Shown: positions 1 to 8,729 of the stretch, piece by piece
How the letters are laid out: each line of letters opens with the position of its first letter
Numbering within the stretch: position 1 is the stretch's first letter
Virus record (IMG/VR): IMGVR_UViG_3300036851_000176
Coordinates: 1-64,000 of that record
Source of the DNA: a virus
Strand: one strand, 5' to 3'
DNA length: 64,000 nucleotides
Program-made: the position numbers and the translations under genes
Notes under the pieces: model-generated
Told to the model about the DNA's origin: nothing
The model's database searches: none
What the model saw: only the letters and a program-made list of their open reading frames with translations

Positions 1-252
1 GACGGCGATGAGCGCGCGATCTACGACGCTTTCAAGACGCGCCGAGTCGTGGCCGCTCAGATCGCGGCTGCGAGTTACAAGCCCGGAGACCGCGTGCGCT
101 TCACTGACGCGGTTCGGCCGAAGTACCTCATCGGAGTCGAGGCAAATGTCGTCAAAGTCAACGCCAAGACGGTCGTTGTCAAGATGGACTCTGTGCAGGG
201 ACGCTTCGGCGGCGAGACCCGCTGTCCGGCTGAACTGATCGAGGCCGTCTAA
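1..252 (+). CDS. Hypothetical protein, 5'-partial, KOW/SH3-like C-terminus
   Basis: Frame 1 is open from position 1 (DGDERAIYDAFK...YKPGDRVRF...); TAATG overlap with next gene. Confidence 0.6.
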   Translation, partial: DGDERAIYDAFKTRRVVAAQIAAASYKPGDRVRFTDAVRPKYLIGVEANVVKVNAKTVVVKMDSVQGRFGGETRCPAELIEAV

Positions 253-629
253 TGGCTGCCAAGGTCTACAGCCTGCCGGAAGGGTTGCCCGAGCCGGACT
301 TCGACATCTGCATCACGCAGGGATCGGATGCCTACTTCGCGGCATGCGAGGAACACGAAGAGGCCGTGCGCCAGTGGTGCATCGCGAACAGCGATAGCAC
401 GAGGCTACGCGGCAACATCGTCGGCAAGGTCATCAGCTTCGGCGTGGCGGACGGCAGGGCGCAGTACATGATCTACCGCCACTCCCCTCTGTCCCTCATC
501 CACCTGCCCTACGTGGACGCCTATGAGGCTCACCCGCTCATGCTCAAAGGGCTGACGCTCTTGGAGTGCAAGCGCATGGTGCGCGCGGACGAGAACCTTG
601 CCAAGTTGTTCGGACGGAGGGCATCATGA
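252..629 (+). CDS. Hypothetical phage protein
   Basis: 125-aa ORF coupled by overlap at both ends. Confidence 0.7.
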   Translation: MAAKVYSLPEGLPEPDFDICITQGSDAYFAACEEHEEAVRQWCIANSDSTRLRGNIVGKVISFGVADGRAQYMIYRHSPLSLIHLPYVDAYEAHPLMLKGLTLLECKRMVRADENLAKLFGRRAS

Positions 630-922
630 GCGCAAGACTTCCGAGTCCTGATAGCACAACCCTTGCGACCTGGGCCGAGAACGAAGCCCTGCCGATCGCA
701 CCGTGGCCCAAGACCGGCGAGTGCTCCTGCGGCTGCGACAACTGGCGCGACGTTGAGCACGGCTACGTCCGATCCTCTGGCGCGACATTCGAGGACGGCG
801 TGCTCACTGTCTACCCTGACGGATGGGACGATCTGAGCGAGAACGGCGACGGCGAGCGCTACGTCCAGTGTGAGTCTTGCGGCAAGCGCTATGACTACAC
901 CGGCGAAGTGAGTTACTTGTGA
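626..922 (+). CDS. Zn-ribbon hypothetical protein
   Basis: ATGA overlap start at 626; CSCGC and CESCG motifs. Confidence 0.6.
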   Translation: MSARLPSPDSTTLATWAENEALPIAPWPKTGECSCGCDNWRDVEHGYVRSSGATFEDGVLTVYPDGWDDLSENGDGERYVQCESCGKRYDYTGEVSYL

Positions 923-1404
923 TCGCCACGGCTCTGACCGAGACCGCGCTGCGCGACTTCCTCGACCAGTACGCAACGGCGTCCGGCGACATTCAGGGCG
1001 ACCCGGCAACGATCGCGGCGGAAGCTGCTGCGGCCGGACTGGTTGAGCGCGACGGCGAGGCAGAGATTGAGGGCGATGCCGTCCTGCTGTATCGGGACAA
1101 GGTTGTTGTCAAGCATGACGACTATGTTGGCGATCCTCCGCTGCGCTGGATCATCGAGGAGTTAATCGCGATCGGCAGCGTGCCAGTCGTGAGCGGCTGC
1201 GAGCATGAGACCATCATCGAGTTTGACATTCCAGTCAAGTCTCTGTGGGTCGCGGCCGAGATGGTCCAGGAGTTGGACGTGACGCTCGCAGGCTACGGGG
1301 TCCATGTCAAAGATCAGCCGTTCGGATTCGCTGAGCGAAACATGGTGCGCGACGTATGGCGAAACACCTGCAACGAGGCCATGCGCCTCATGTACGCGCG
1401 ATGA
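919..1404 (+). CDS. Hypothetical protein
   Basis: 161-aa ORF, GTGA overlap. Confidence 0.65.
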   Translation: MIATALTETALRDFLDQYATASGDIQGDPATIAAEAAAAGLVERDGEAEIEGDAVLLYRDKVVVKHDDYVGDPPLRWIIEELIAIGSVPVVSGCEHETIIEFDIPVKSLWVAAEMVQELDVTLAGYGVHVKDQPFGFAERNMVRDVWRNTCNEAMRLMYAR

Positions 1405-1577
1405 TCTATCGACTCATGGAGCGGTACGGGCTGAACAGCCTTACGTTCGATCCGGCGAAGCTCGTATTCTCCATCGCGGCGATCGTATGCGCGGCCACGA
1501 CGCACTACACGGCAGGCATCATCCTGGCCGTGAGCGCTGGCACGGTCTCTCTCGGCATGACGTGGCGGCGGCTGTGA
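1401..1577 (+). CDS. Small membrane protein
   Basis: ATGA overlap; two hydrophobic segments. Confidence 0.55.
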   Translation: MIYRLMERYGLNSLTFDPAKLVFSIAAIVCAATTHYTAGIILAVSAGTVSLGMTWRRL

Positions 1578-1759
1578 GGGACATAGACCTGACCCGCTTG
1601 CAGGAGACCGGCAGCGCTCTACTGCCCCGCGCGAGCGAGACCCTAGCCTCTCTGCTGGAAGGTGTCGAGCAGTTGGGCATAGACCCCTCTCTAGTGACCG
1701 TTACGGGCGCTGGCGCGGCTCTGTGGCTCCGAGTCCAGCCGCTAGAGGACAAGCCCTGA
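1574..1759 (+). CDS. Hypothetical protein
   Basis: GTGA overlap, 61 aa. Confidence 0.5.
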   Translation: MRDIDLTRLQETGSALLPRASETLASLLEGVEQLGIDPSLVTVTGAGAALWLRVQPLEDKP

Positions 1760-1792
1760 GAACGGCTCCTGTGGCTTCCTGGGCCGACAAGA

Positions 1793-1831
1793 TCGAGCCT
1801 GCCGACTCTCTCCTGTGTTCGGCAGGCTCGA
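1793..1831 (+). terminator. 13-bp perfect hairpin, probable terminator upstream of the ligase promoter
   Basis: TCGAGCCTGCCGA-13 nt-TCGGCAGGCTCGA. Confidence 0.55.
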
Positions 1832-1839
1832 ATATCAAG

Positions 1840-1880
1840 ATCCCCCTTTCGGGTGAGAGCAGATCCCCCTTTCGGAGGAT
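1840..1880. promoter_or_regulatory. Two tandem copies of the 18-bp palindrome ATCMCCC-N4-GGGKGAT (1840-1857, 1863-1880)
   Basis: ATCCCCCTTTCGGGTGAG and ATCCCCCTTTCGGAGGAT; second copy ends 33 nt before ATG 1914. Confidence 0.75.
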
Positions 1881-1913
1881 GCGAGACTGGCTCCGATGGA
1901 CGATGATGAGAGT

Positions 1914-3056
1914 ATGGAAATGACTCCCCTGCCCACTCTCTACAAGCGAGCCAGCGACGGATCGATCCAGGAATGGACCATCCGCGTGGGCACGGACACG
2001 TCCGGCCACGGCTGGATCGTGACGGACTACGGCAAGGTCGGCGGCAAGATTCAGCGGACCGAGGACGTAGTGACCGAGGGCAAGAACGTGGGCCGCGCGA
2101 ACGAGACCACGGCGGTTGAACAGGCCGAGGCCGAGGCGCTGAGCAAGTGGGAAGGAAAACTCAAGAAGGGCTACGTCAAGACGATCGAGGAAGCGCGCGA
2201 GGGCAAGACGGACGCGCTCATCGTCGGCGGCGTGGCTCCCATGCTCGCGCATCCGTTCGCAAAGTACGGCCACAAGATCAAGTTCCCTGCGCTCGCGCAG
2301 CCGAAGCTCGACGGACACCGCTGCATCGCCGTCTATCAGAACGGCGAGGCGCGGCTGTACTCCCGGACGCGCAAGCCGATCACCGGACTGCCCCACGTCT
2401 GCCGAGCCATTGAATCATTGTGTCGGTCTATCGGCGCGACGAGCGGAGTGTTCGACGGCGAACTTTACAACCACGACTACCACGACAACTTCGAGGACCT
2501 GACGGGCTTCATTCGCTCGCAGACTCCTAAGCCTGGTAGCGAGGTAGTCCAGTATTGGATCTACGACCTTGTGAACGACTCACCGCAGTCCGCTCGCGCG
2601 GAGGCTATCGCTGCTATCTCGGAGCAGAGCGTAGGCGCGCTGGTCGCGGTTCCGACGATCGAGGTTGCAGACGAGGACGAAATGGTCGCGCTGTTCGGGG
2701 AGTTCATGGGCCAGGGCTACGAAGGTCTCATGCTCCGTAACCTGGACGGCCGCTACAAGATCGACGGCCGCAGTTACGACCTACAGAAGGTCAAACTGTT
2801 CCAGGACGCCGAGTACAAACTGGTCCACATCGAATCGGGCCGAGGCAAGATGCAGGGCAAGGCCGTGTTCCACTGTGAGGTTGAGCCTGGCAAGACCTTC
2901 AAGTGCAAGTTGGTCGGTCGCCTGGACGATCTGGAACAGTACCTCAACGAGCCGGACAAGTGGCTTGGCAAGATGGTGACTGTCCAGTTTCAGAACCTCT
3001 CATCGGACGGCATCCCCCGCTTCCCCGTCGCCCTTCGATTCAGGCAGGACGTATGA
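1914..3056 (+). CDS. lig: ATP-dependent DNA ligase with N-terminal WGR-like region
   Basis: QPKLDGHRC (KxDG), FDGELY, YEGLMLR, LQKVK, C-terminal PRFP. Confidence 0.93.
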   Translation: MEMTPLPTLYKRASDGSIQEWTIRVGTDTSGHGWIVTDYGKVGGKIQRTEDVVTEGKNVGRANETTAVEQAEAEALSKWEGKLKKGYVKTIEEAREGKTDALIVGGVAPMLAHPFAKYGHKIKFPALAQPKLDGHRCIAVYQNGEARLYSRTRKPITGLPHVCRAIESLCRSIGATSGVFDGELYNHDYHDNFEDLTGFIRSQTPKPGSEVVQYWIYDLVNDSPQSARAEAIAAISEQSVGALVAVPTIEVADEDEMVALFGEFMGQGYEGLMLRNLDGRYKIDGRSYDLQKVKLFQDAEYKLVHIESGRGKMQGKAVFHCEVEPGKTFKCKLVGRLDDLEQYLNEPDKWLGKMVTVQFQNLSSDGIPRFPVALRFRQDV

Positions 3057-3274
3057 GGGCAACCCCGCTCAGGCGCAGGCTCCCGAGCGTCGGAATCAAA
3101 CTGATCGACACCTTCAACCTTCGCACGGTCGAGGTCCTCGAAATCCACTCAGGCGAGTTGGGTAGCAAGGGCGGCAGTCCGGGCTTGCCACTCCTGTACG
3201 TTCGTGACCTTCTGACGGGCGACACCTACGGACGATGCTCGATCTACTTCTCTGACCTGGCAGAGTGCGCATGA
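3053..3274 (+). CDS. Hypothetical protein
   Basis: ATGA overlap with ligase stop. Confidence 0.5.
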   Translation: MRATPLRRRLPSVGIKLIDTFNLRTVEVLEIHSGELGSKGGSPGLPLLYVRDLLTGDTYGRCSIYFSDLAECA

Positions 3275-3471
3275 CTTTCTTCCTCTGCACTCGGTTCGAG
3301 AACAACAGCGGCATCCAGGCGATCGTCAACGCTCCAAACACAAGGGCTGCGCGGCTGCGCGCGGCTGATCCGTACTATGGCGCTCCTGGCATTGTCCGAC
3401 TCGCCACCCAGGATGAGATTGACTGGCACCTGGGATTCGGCGGCACGATCATCGAGGCGTCATCATCATGA
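3271..3471 (+). CDS. Hypothetical protein
   Basis: ATGA overlaps at both ends. Confidence 0.5.
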   Translation: MTFFLCTRFENNSGIQAIVNAPNTRAARLRAADPYYGAPGIVRLATQDEIDWHLGFGGTIIEASSS

Positions 3472-3671
3472 CGCCGAGACAGGTATTTGCTGACATCGTG
3501 TCCGAGGCTTTGGCCGAGGCTGTCGAGCGTGAGGTCAAGGTCGCCTATCGCAACGGCTACCGAGACGCGGCTGCGGCCTACGGCAATCCTCTCGAAGCCG
3601 TACAGCGCGCCTACGCGGAGGCCGACCTCAAGTCCGAGGTCTACGCGGCCGAGTTGGCAGAGGATCAATGA
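3468..3671 (+). CDS. Hypothetical protein
   Basis: 67-aa coupled ORF. Confidence 0.6.
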   Translation: MTPRQVFADIVSEALAEAVEREVKVAYRNGYRDAAAAYGNPLEAVQRAYAEADLKSEVYAAELAEDQ

Positions 3672-4075
3672 TCGATCACGTCAAAGACGACGCCGATCGG
3701 CCGAATGAGTTGGTCACGATCGGGTCGCGCTGGTTCGGCTGGCGACACCATTGGACAGTCATGGAAGAGAGGCGAGGCCACTATGGCGTAAGAGAAGTCC
3801 GGTTCGTCCGTGACGACAAGCCTGGCGTCCCCTCGACCGAGCGCCGCGTCCGAGACCAATGGCTCCCGGCATGGAGAATCCAGAGGTTCTGCGATCGGCA
3901 GGGCGACGTTGAAGTGCCCGAGCGCGAGCGCACGCGATCGAAGAGGATCGCTACGACCGAGCCGAAGGTCAAGCCCGCGCGCAAGGGGATCAAGCGCAAG
4001 GCTCCGGTCAAGCCCGCGACCGCGAAGCGGAAGCGCAAGACGACGGCGCGCAAGCGCCCGAGCGGACGGAATTAG
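3668..4075 (+). CDS. Hypothetical protein with basic K/R/A/P-rich tail
   Basis: C-terminus KPARKGIKRKAPVKPATAKRKRK. Confidence 0.6.
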   Translation: MIDHVKDDADRPNELVTIGSRWFGWRHHWTVMEERRGHYGVREVRFVRDDKPGVPSTERRVRDQWLPAWRIQRFCDRQGDVEVPERERTRSKRIATTEPKVKPARKGIKRKAPVKPATAKRKRKTTARKRPSGRN

Positions 4076-4542
4076 TGAAGGCTGGCAACAAAACGGCCGA
4101 GCCGAGAGTGTACGAGCTTTGGCTGACGAAGTACGTCAAGGACGCCTACGAGGACCAGACCGGCGCGAAGCATTGGGGCAACATCGTTTGGGGTCGCATC
4201 CTCGTCACCGAGATTGCGCGCTTCGCTGGCTACGAGGGCTACGGCCAGAAGTGGTACCCCGATGTCAACATCGCGGCCGAGGACGATGATGGTCGCATCT
4301 TCCACGGCATCGCGAACCTGATCGACTATTGGGGAGGGATGTCCTGGCGCATGGTCTACGGCGAGAGCGAGGGTGAGCCCGAGGGTTACTTCTGGCACAG
4401 CGCTCCCCATAAGCCAACAGGGTACGTCTACAAGGACGGCCATGGTCCGGTCGAGAAGTTGCTTGCCCCGAAGCCGAGACCGCTGCGCGAGGCAGAGAAG
4501 TCCACGCATCCCCCGAGACCGCCAAGGCCGTTGAAGGCATGA
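4075..4542 (+). CDS. Hypothetical protein
   Basis: 155-aa Trp/Tyr-rich ORF. Confidence 0.65.
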   Translation: MKAGNKTAEPRVYELWLTKYVKDAYEDQTGAKHWGNIVWGRILVTEIARFAGYEGYGQKWYPDVNIAAEDDDGRIFHGIANLIDYWGGMSWRMVYGESEGEPEGYFWHSAPHKPTGYVYKDGHGPVEKLLAPKPRPLREAEKSTHPPRPPRPLKA

Positions 4543-4737
4543 CGCTGCGAGAATGGCTCACGCACGAAGCCCTGCGGCACAACGTTCCCGTCTACCTCTT
4601 TCTCTCATGCTGCGGTCTCTGAGATTCATCCTCGACGCGCCTACCGTGCGCTCGTTCTTCTGGCGCATCGCATACTCGCTTGACTTCAAGACCGCAAGGG
4701 TTCTACTTGGCAATCGACCACGAAAGGAAGGGCATCG

Positions 4738-5055
4738 ATGACCCTCCTAGCACAGGACTGGTTCCAGTCCACGCACTACCATTCCGAGTCGCGAGACGAG
4801 GACGTGGAGATTCAATACATGCCGGTTCCGCATGCTCTGCATGCGCTCAACAAGATCCGGTATGACTACGGACTCGAAGCGCTCAAGACTCCGCTCGCGC
4901 GGGCGCTGGCACTGCGTGTCGCTCAGGCTGGCGACATCGAGGAAGTCCCTGGCTCCCAGGATCGGCGTCACGGCCGCGTCCTGCTGCTCGTGGACGCGCT
5001 GACCCGGACGTTCAAGGGTCTCTACCGGCGCTATCCCCTCGTGGAGTCACGCTGA
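4738..5055 (+). CDS. Hypothetical protein, paralog of 7914..8231
   Basis: YHSES...ALNKI...GLEALKTPLARAL shared pattern. Confidence 0.7.
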   Translation: MTLLAQDWFQSTHYHSESRDEDVEIQYMPVPHALHALNKIRYDYGLEALKTPLARALALRVAQAGDIEEVPGSQDRRHGRVLLLVDALTRTFKGLYRRYPLVESR

Positions 5056-5234
5056 TCCTCCCCGTCCTACTTCGGCTCGAAGAGGACGAAGCTCTGGCTC
5101 TCGATGTCGTGCTCGACTGCTTCTTTACGGAGTTGGCCGAGTACGACATTGAGCCGGACGACGCGATCGTTCGGCTGGCCGCAAAGGTCGGCATCGAGAG
5201 GATGCAGAAGATGGAGACAGAATCCCCCATTTAG
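5052..5234 (+). CDS. Hypothetical 60-aa protein, putative CTG start
   Basis: CTGA overlap with upstream stop, GGAG 5 nt upstream, fills an otherwise empty gap. Confidence 0.45.
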   Translation: MILPVLLRLEEDEALALDVVLDCFFTELAEYDIEPDDAIVRLAAKVGIERMQKMETESPI

Positions 5235-5239
5235 GGGAT
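5222..5239. promoter_or_regulatory. 18-bp palindrome copy
   Basis: ATCCCCCATTTAGGGGAT, 33 nt before ATG 5273; GATACT-N6-ATG. Confidence 0.75.
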
Positions 5240-5272
5240 GGTTCTTCGTCGTTTCCTGACGATACTTAGGCC

Positions 5273-5713
5273 ATGGCCGAATACACAAACATCACACAGG
5301 ACGAAATGGCGGACTTCCTGGGCGACCAGGGATTCCTACAGATCCTCCTGCCGGGAGTGACGGAGTTGGTCTACGCGCGGCGCGCGAACACCGACGACCT
5401 CAGCCTCTCCCTTCGCGTCTATACCGGCATCGCCCCGAGTGGCGAGAGCAGGGACGTGGGCGAGGATGCGATCCGCTGCGTGATCTTCTGGCGCAAGCCG
5501 AGCGGTGACATCGTGAAGGTAGCGACCACGAAGCGCGTCCATCGCGTCAAGGGCTGGCGCAAGAACCTCCAGGACCGCCTCGACAAGATCGGCGTCGAGA
5601 AGCGCTGCGAGTGCGGCGCTCCGATGATCCGGCGCAAGGCCAAGGCTGGCCGAGGGTCTGAATTTTACGGCTGCTCCACCTTCCCCGAGTGCCGCAAGAC
5701 GAGTTCTGTATGA
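5273..5713 (+). CDS. Protein with C-terminal topoisomerase-type C4 zinc ribbon
   Basis: CECGAPMIRR...FYGCSTFPECR. Confidence 0.75.
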   Translation: MAEYTNITQDEMADFLGDQGFLQILLPGVTELVYARRANTDDLSLSLRVYTGIAPSGESRDVGEDAIRCVIFWRKPSGDIVKVATTKRVHRVKGWRKNLQDRLDKIGVEKRCECGAPMIRRKAKAGRGSEFYGCSTFPECRKTSSV

Positions 5714-6768
5714 AGATCACTGTCCTGATCCCCTCGCACAACGAGGAAGCCGTGATCGCTCGCTCGATCGAGAGCGTCCTGGCTCAGACTCGACGGCCGG
5801 ACAGGATCATCGTTGTGGCCGACAACTGCACCGACAGGACAGAAGAGATTGCGCGCGAGTGCGGTGCGGAAGTGTTCGAGACCGTGGACAACAAGCATCG
5901 CAAGGCCGGTGGGCAGAATCAGGCGCTCGCGTGGCTGCTGCCGACGCTGAGCGACGAGGACCTCATCGTCTCGATGGACGCGGACACAATGCTCTCGCCG
6001 GAGTTCTTGCGTAACGCCTCTCGCCACTTCTCGATCCGCCCTGGTCTCGGAGCGTGCTCATCGAATCACCTGGTCCACGAGGCGAGCCGACTGGTCGAAA
6101 CTTTGCAGGAAATGGAGTACGAGCGCGACCGGCGCTACACCGGCCGAAAGCGCGGGAGGGTCGGCTGCATGACGGGCATGGCCTCCATGTTCTCCGTGAG
6201 TGCGCTCAGGCGCATCATCGAGTTGCATGGCACCGTCTACGACGAGGGCAACTGGACCGAGGATTGGAAACTGACCTTCGCGCTCAAGCACGCGGGCTAC
6301 CGCTGCATCCGTCCGCAGGACTGCACGGCGGCGACCGTCCCTGTCCCTCGCTGGCGCGAGTTGTTCGTCCAGCGCGAGCGTTGGGGTCGCGGCTACTTCC
6401 AAACGATCTGCGAGTTCGGCCTCACGCGACAGACCCTACAGCCGTGGCTCTCGCAGGCATGGGGAGCGCTCACTTCGATGATCTGGCTGGTCTGGATGAT
6501 CCTCCTGGCGGCGTCGATCGCCCGAGCGCATGAATTTCATTTCCCGCTGTGGTGCTATGCGACGACGGGCATCTTTATCACCGAGCGAGTCGTGACGGTC
6601 AGGAAGGCTGGCTGGCGCGCGGCGCTCATCGCGGGGCTGTACCTGCCCGAGATTCTGTACTCCTGGTGGCTCGTCGGAGCTACCTACTTCGGAGTTGCCA
6701 AGCATCTGCTTGGCCGTCAAGGCCAGTGGGGCGACGTTCGCGCCACCGGCAAAGCCACGATCACCTAG
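5710..6768 (+). CDS. Processive membrane GT2 glycosyltransferase (PgaC/IcaA/HAS-like)
   Basis: LIPSHNEE, DNCTD, KAG, DADT, TED, QRERW; C-terminal TM helices. Confidence 0.88.
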   Translation: MKITVLIPSHNEEAVIARSIESVLAQTRRPDRIIVVADNCTDRTEEIARECGAEVFETVDNKHRKAGGQNQALAWLLPTLSDEDLIVSMDADTMLSPEFLRNASRHFSIRPGLGACSSNHLVHEASRLVETLQEMEYERDRRYTGRKRGRVGCMTGMASMFSVSALRRIIELHGTVYDEGNWTEDWKLTFALKHAGYRCIRPQDCTAATVPVPRWRELFVQRERWGRGYFQTICEFGLTRQTLQPWLSQAWGALTSMIWLVWMILLAASIARAHEFHFPLWCYATTGIFITERVVTVRKAGWRAALIAGLYLPEILYSWWLVGATYFGVAKHLLGRQGQWGDVRATGKATIT

Positions 6769-6782
6769 AAGGGAGGTACTGC

Positions 6783-6938
6783 ATGTACGGACACTCAGCA
6801 CCGCCAAGCACCGCTGTCGGCGTGGCAGGAGTTCTGCCCTACACCGGACTTGGGCTTATCTGGATCGCCGTGATCGCTTTGACGATTCTGTCGGTCGGGT
6901 TTGCTCTGCTTCGGGTGATTCCTCGGCGCGAGGTCTGA
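6783..6938 (+). CDS. 51-aa micropeptide with LPXTG sorting signal
   Basis: MYGHSAPPSTAVGVAGV-LPYTG, hydrophobic helix, RVIPRREV tail; GGGAGG RBS. Confidence 0.8.
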   Translation: MYGHSAPPSTAVGVAGVLPYTGLGLIWIAVIALTILSVGFALLRVIPRREV

Positions 6939-7042
6939 TCGTTGCACGCTGCGGTTCCCGGATCGAGGGTCCGGGTTCCCGGAGCGCCACGACGGCGATC
7001 CTCTCACAATCCGAGCACAAGGGAGCCAAAAATGAACACAGA

Positions 7043-7060
7043 ATCCCCCGAAAGGGTGAT
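7043..7060. promoter_or_regulatory. 18-bp palindrome copy
   Basis: ATCCCCCGAAAGGGTGAT, 34 nt before ATG 7095; CATGCT-N6-ATG. Confidence 0.75.
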
Positions 7061-7094
7061 TGCAAATCAGGTCTCGATGTCACATGCTGAGACC

Positions 7095-7220
7095 ATGAAA
7101 CCAGGAATGACACTCCCCCTCAGCGCTATCGCTCTCGCAGTCGGGATCAGCCTCGTCCTTTGGGCCATCCTCTTCGCGGCCGTGATCGGCGGATACAAGG
7201 CGATTGAGGCCGTCCTGTGA
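7095..7220 (+). CDS. 41-aa single-TM protein
   Basis: Leaderless start fitting promoter spacing; hydrophobic core. Confidence 0.6.
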   Translation: MKPGMTLPLSAIALAVGISLVLWAILFAAVIGGYKAIEAVL

Positions 7221-7408
7221 ACGATCTGACGCACCCCTTCGCCAGTCGCGAGTTGAAGCGCAAGCCCGCTCCGAGTTACCTCTGGCTCGATCTTCCGGTC
7301 GAGGCCGACGAGGTTACGGACGAGCCTGCGACCATGCCCGTCCACCTGGGGCATGCGCCCCTATCGCATCACGGCCGAGCAACTGGACGCTCTGATCGAG
7401 TCCCATAG
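7217..7408 (+). CDS. Hypothetical protein
   Basis: GTGA overlap. Confidence 0.45.
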   Translation: MNDLTHPFASRELKRKPAPSYLWLDLPVEADEVTDEPATMPVHLGHAPLSHHGRATGRSDRVP

Positions 7409-7424
7409 CCGCTTCCCGCAGAAG

Positions 7425-7442
7425 ATCCCCCAAACGGGTGAT
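7425..7442. promoter_or_regulatory. 18-bp palindrome copy
   Basis: ATCCCCCAAACGGGTGAT, 34 nt before ATG 7477; AAGGAT-N6-ATG. Confidence 0.75.
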
Positions 7443-7494
7443 AGAAAAGGCTCAGAAAATGAGTAAGGATGGGACCATGAAGCAGGATGACCAT

Positions 7495-7965
7495 TCAGGA
7501 ACGAGGATGCCAACGAGCCGCCGCGCCTGCGTGAGCGAACTTCCGAATAGGGAAACCATGTTCGGCATGATGAGCAGCCTGATCGACACAGAGCTTCAGG
7601 TTCTCGATCCGGTTGTCGGCCACATCCTCGTTCCTGTGATGGACCTGCTCCTCTGGGTCCAACATTCTGCCAAGATGGTTCGCCATCACCAGACGATGCT
7701 CTCGAACGTATCCATGGCTATCCGCCATCGGATGCTCTGGAATCCTCAGCAGGATGTATCCATCCTTGTCGGTCGTCCACCCCTTTCGATTAGAGTTGTG
7801 TCCTTGGCAATATTCGCGCCAGTCTCCGCGTTTGTATCCAAGGCGAGAGTTAGAACGAGTGTGGCGGCTTACGGGCCTGCCGCAGTTGCACTTGCAGAGA
7901 GGGGCGGGGTCAGATGACGGGGGCAATTCCAGGACTTCCAATTTCTGTTGAGGAATATTTCTCAC
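7495..7965 (-). mobile_element. HNH homing endonuclease, antisense to the surrounding arm (start uncertain)
   Basis: CKCNCG, EHRLVMANHLGR, VHHRNEDVADNRIENL. Confidence 0.85.
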
Positions 7966-8231
7966 AGGACGAATGGTACTGGTCGGAGAGTAAGCAAGAG
8001 CGGATTCAGATCAAGAAATGTCCATGCCCGGTCGCGATGCGCGCGCTGGCGAAGATCGAGAGGACTCTTGGGTATGAAGCCCTCGAATCCCCGCTCGCTC
8101 AGGCTCTCAAGGCCCGAGCCGAGCAGGGGATCGGGGCAGAGTTGGTCGAGTTCGACGGACCGACCGGCCCGCGCATGATGCTCCGAGACAAAGAGACCAA
8201 GACGTTCCGCGCAGGCGCGAGTCGGATCTAA
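7914..8231 (+). CDS. Hypothetical protein, paralog of 4738..5055
   Basis: YWSES...ALAKI...GYEALESPLAQAL. Confidence 0.7.
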   Translation: MTGAIPGLPISVEEYFSQDEWYWSESKQERIQIKKCPCPVAMRALAKIERTLGYEALESPLAQALKARAEQGIGAELVEFDGPTGPRMMLRDKETKTFRAGASRI

Positions 8232-8232
8232 G

Positions 8233-8505
8233 GTGCGATCCGTTGCGGGCATCCTGCTCACACCCATCGCTCTCGTCCTCGGCAGCCTGCCGGGAAAGTG
8301 GTTCGATCCTCCCGAGGTTCCCGAGGAAGCGGACGATGAGACCCGGTGGGACTCCTACCATCCCTGCATGGGCTGCGGGACGCCCCTCTCGACGCGGCGG
8401 AAGTTCTGCGACGATCAGTGTCGGCGCGAGTACCGCATGCGGGAGATCAACGCGGAAGCCCCGACTGAACGAATTGATCCCTCGACTACGGACATTCCCT
8501 TCTGA
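8233..8505 (+). CDS. DUF2116-like Zn-ribbon protein with N-terminal hydrophobic segment
   Basis: HPCMGCGTPL...FCDDQC. Confidence 0.55.
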   Translation: MRSVAGILLTPIALVLGSLPGKWFDPPEVPEEADDETRWDSYHPCMGCGTPLSTRRKFCDDQCRREYRMREINAEAPTERIDPSTTDIPF

Positions 8506-8729
8506 TGCCTGACTTCGACAAGAGCGCGAGGAAGCGCATTAACCGAGCCATCCAGACCGCTCGCGAGTGTGCGAGTGCCGACCCCGGACTGGCAGACATT
8601 CGGCTAAAGCGCTTCCACCGCGCCATGGACGATCTTGTGTCCGAGGACGAGGGCTACGAGGTCTACAAGACGCTGCGCACCGAAGGCTGGTACGAGCAAG
8701 CTGCAGCGGCGTTGGAGCGATCGAAGTGA
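8505..8729 (+). CDS. Hypothetical protein
   Basis: Coupled 74-aa ORF. Confidence 0.6.
   Translation: MPDFDKSARKRINRAIQTARECASADPGLADIRLKRFHRAMDDLVSEDEGYEVYKTLRTEGWYEQAAAALERSK

Noticed and set aside
6945-7030. GC-rich hairpin region after the LPYTG gene as an ncRNA
   Set aside because: Only a short stem (CCCGGAT...GTCCGGG) is supportable, consistent with a simple terminator
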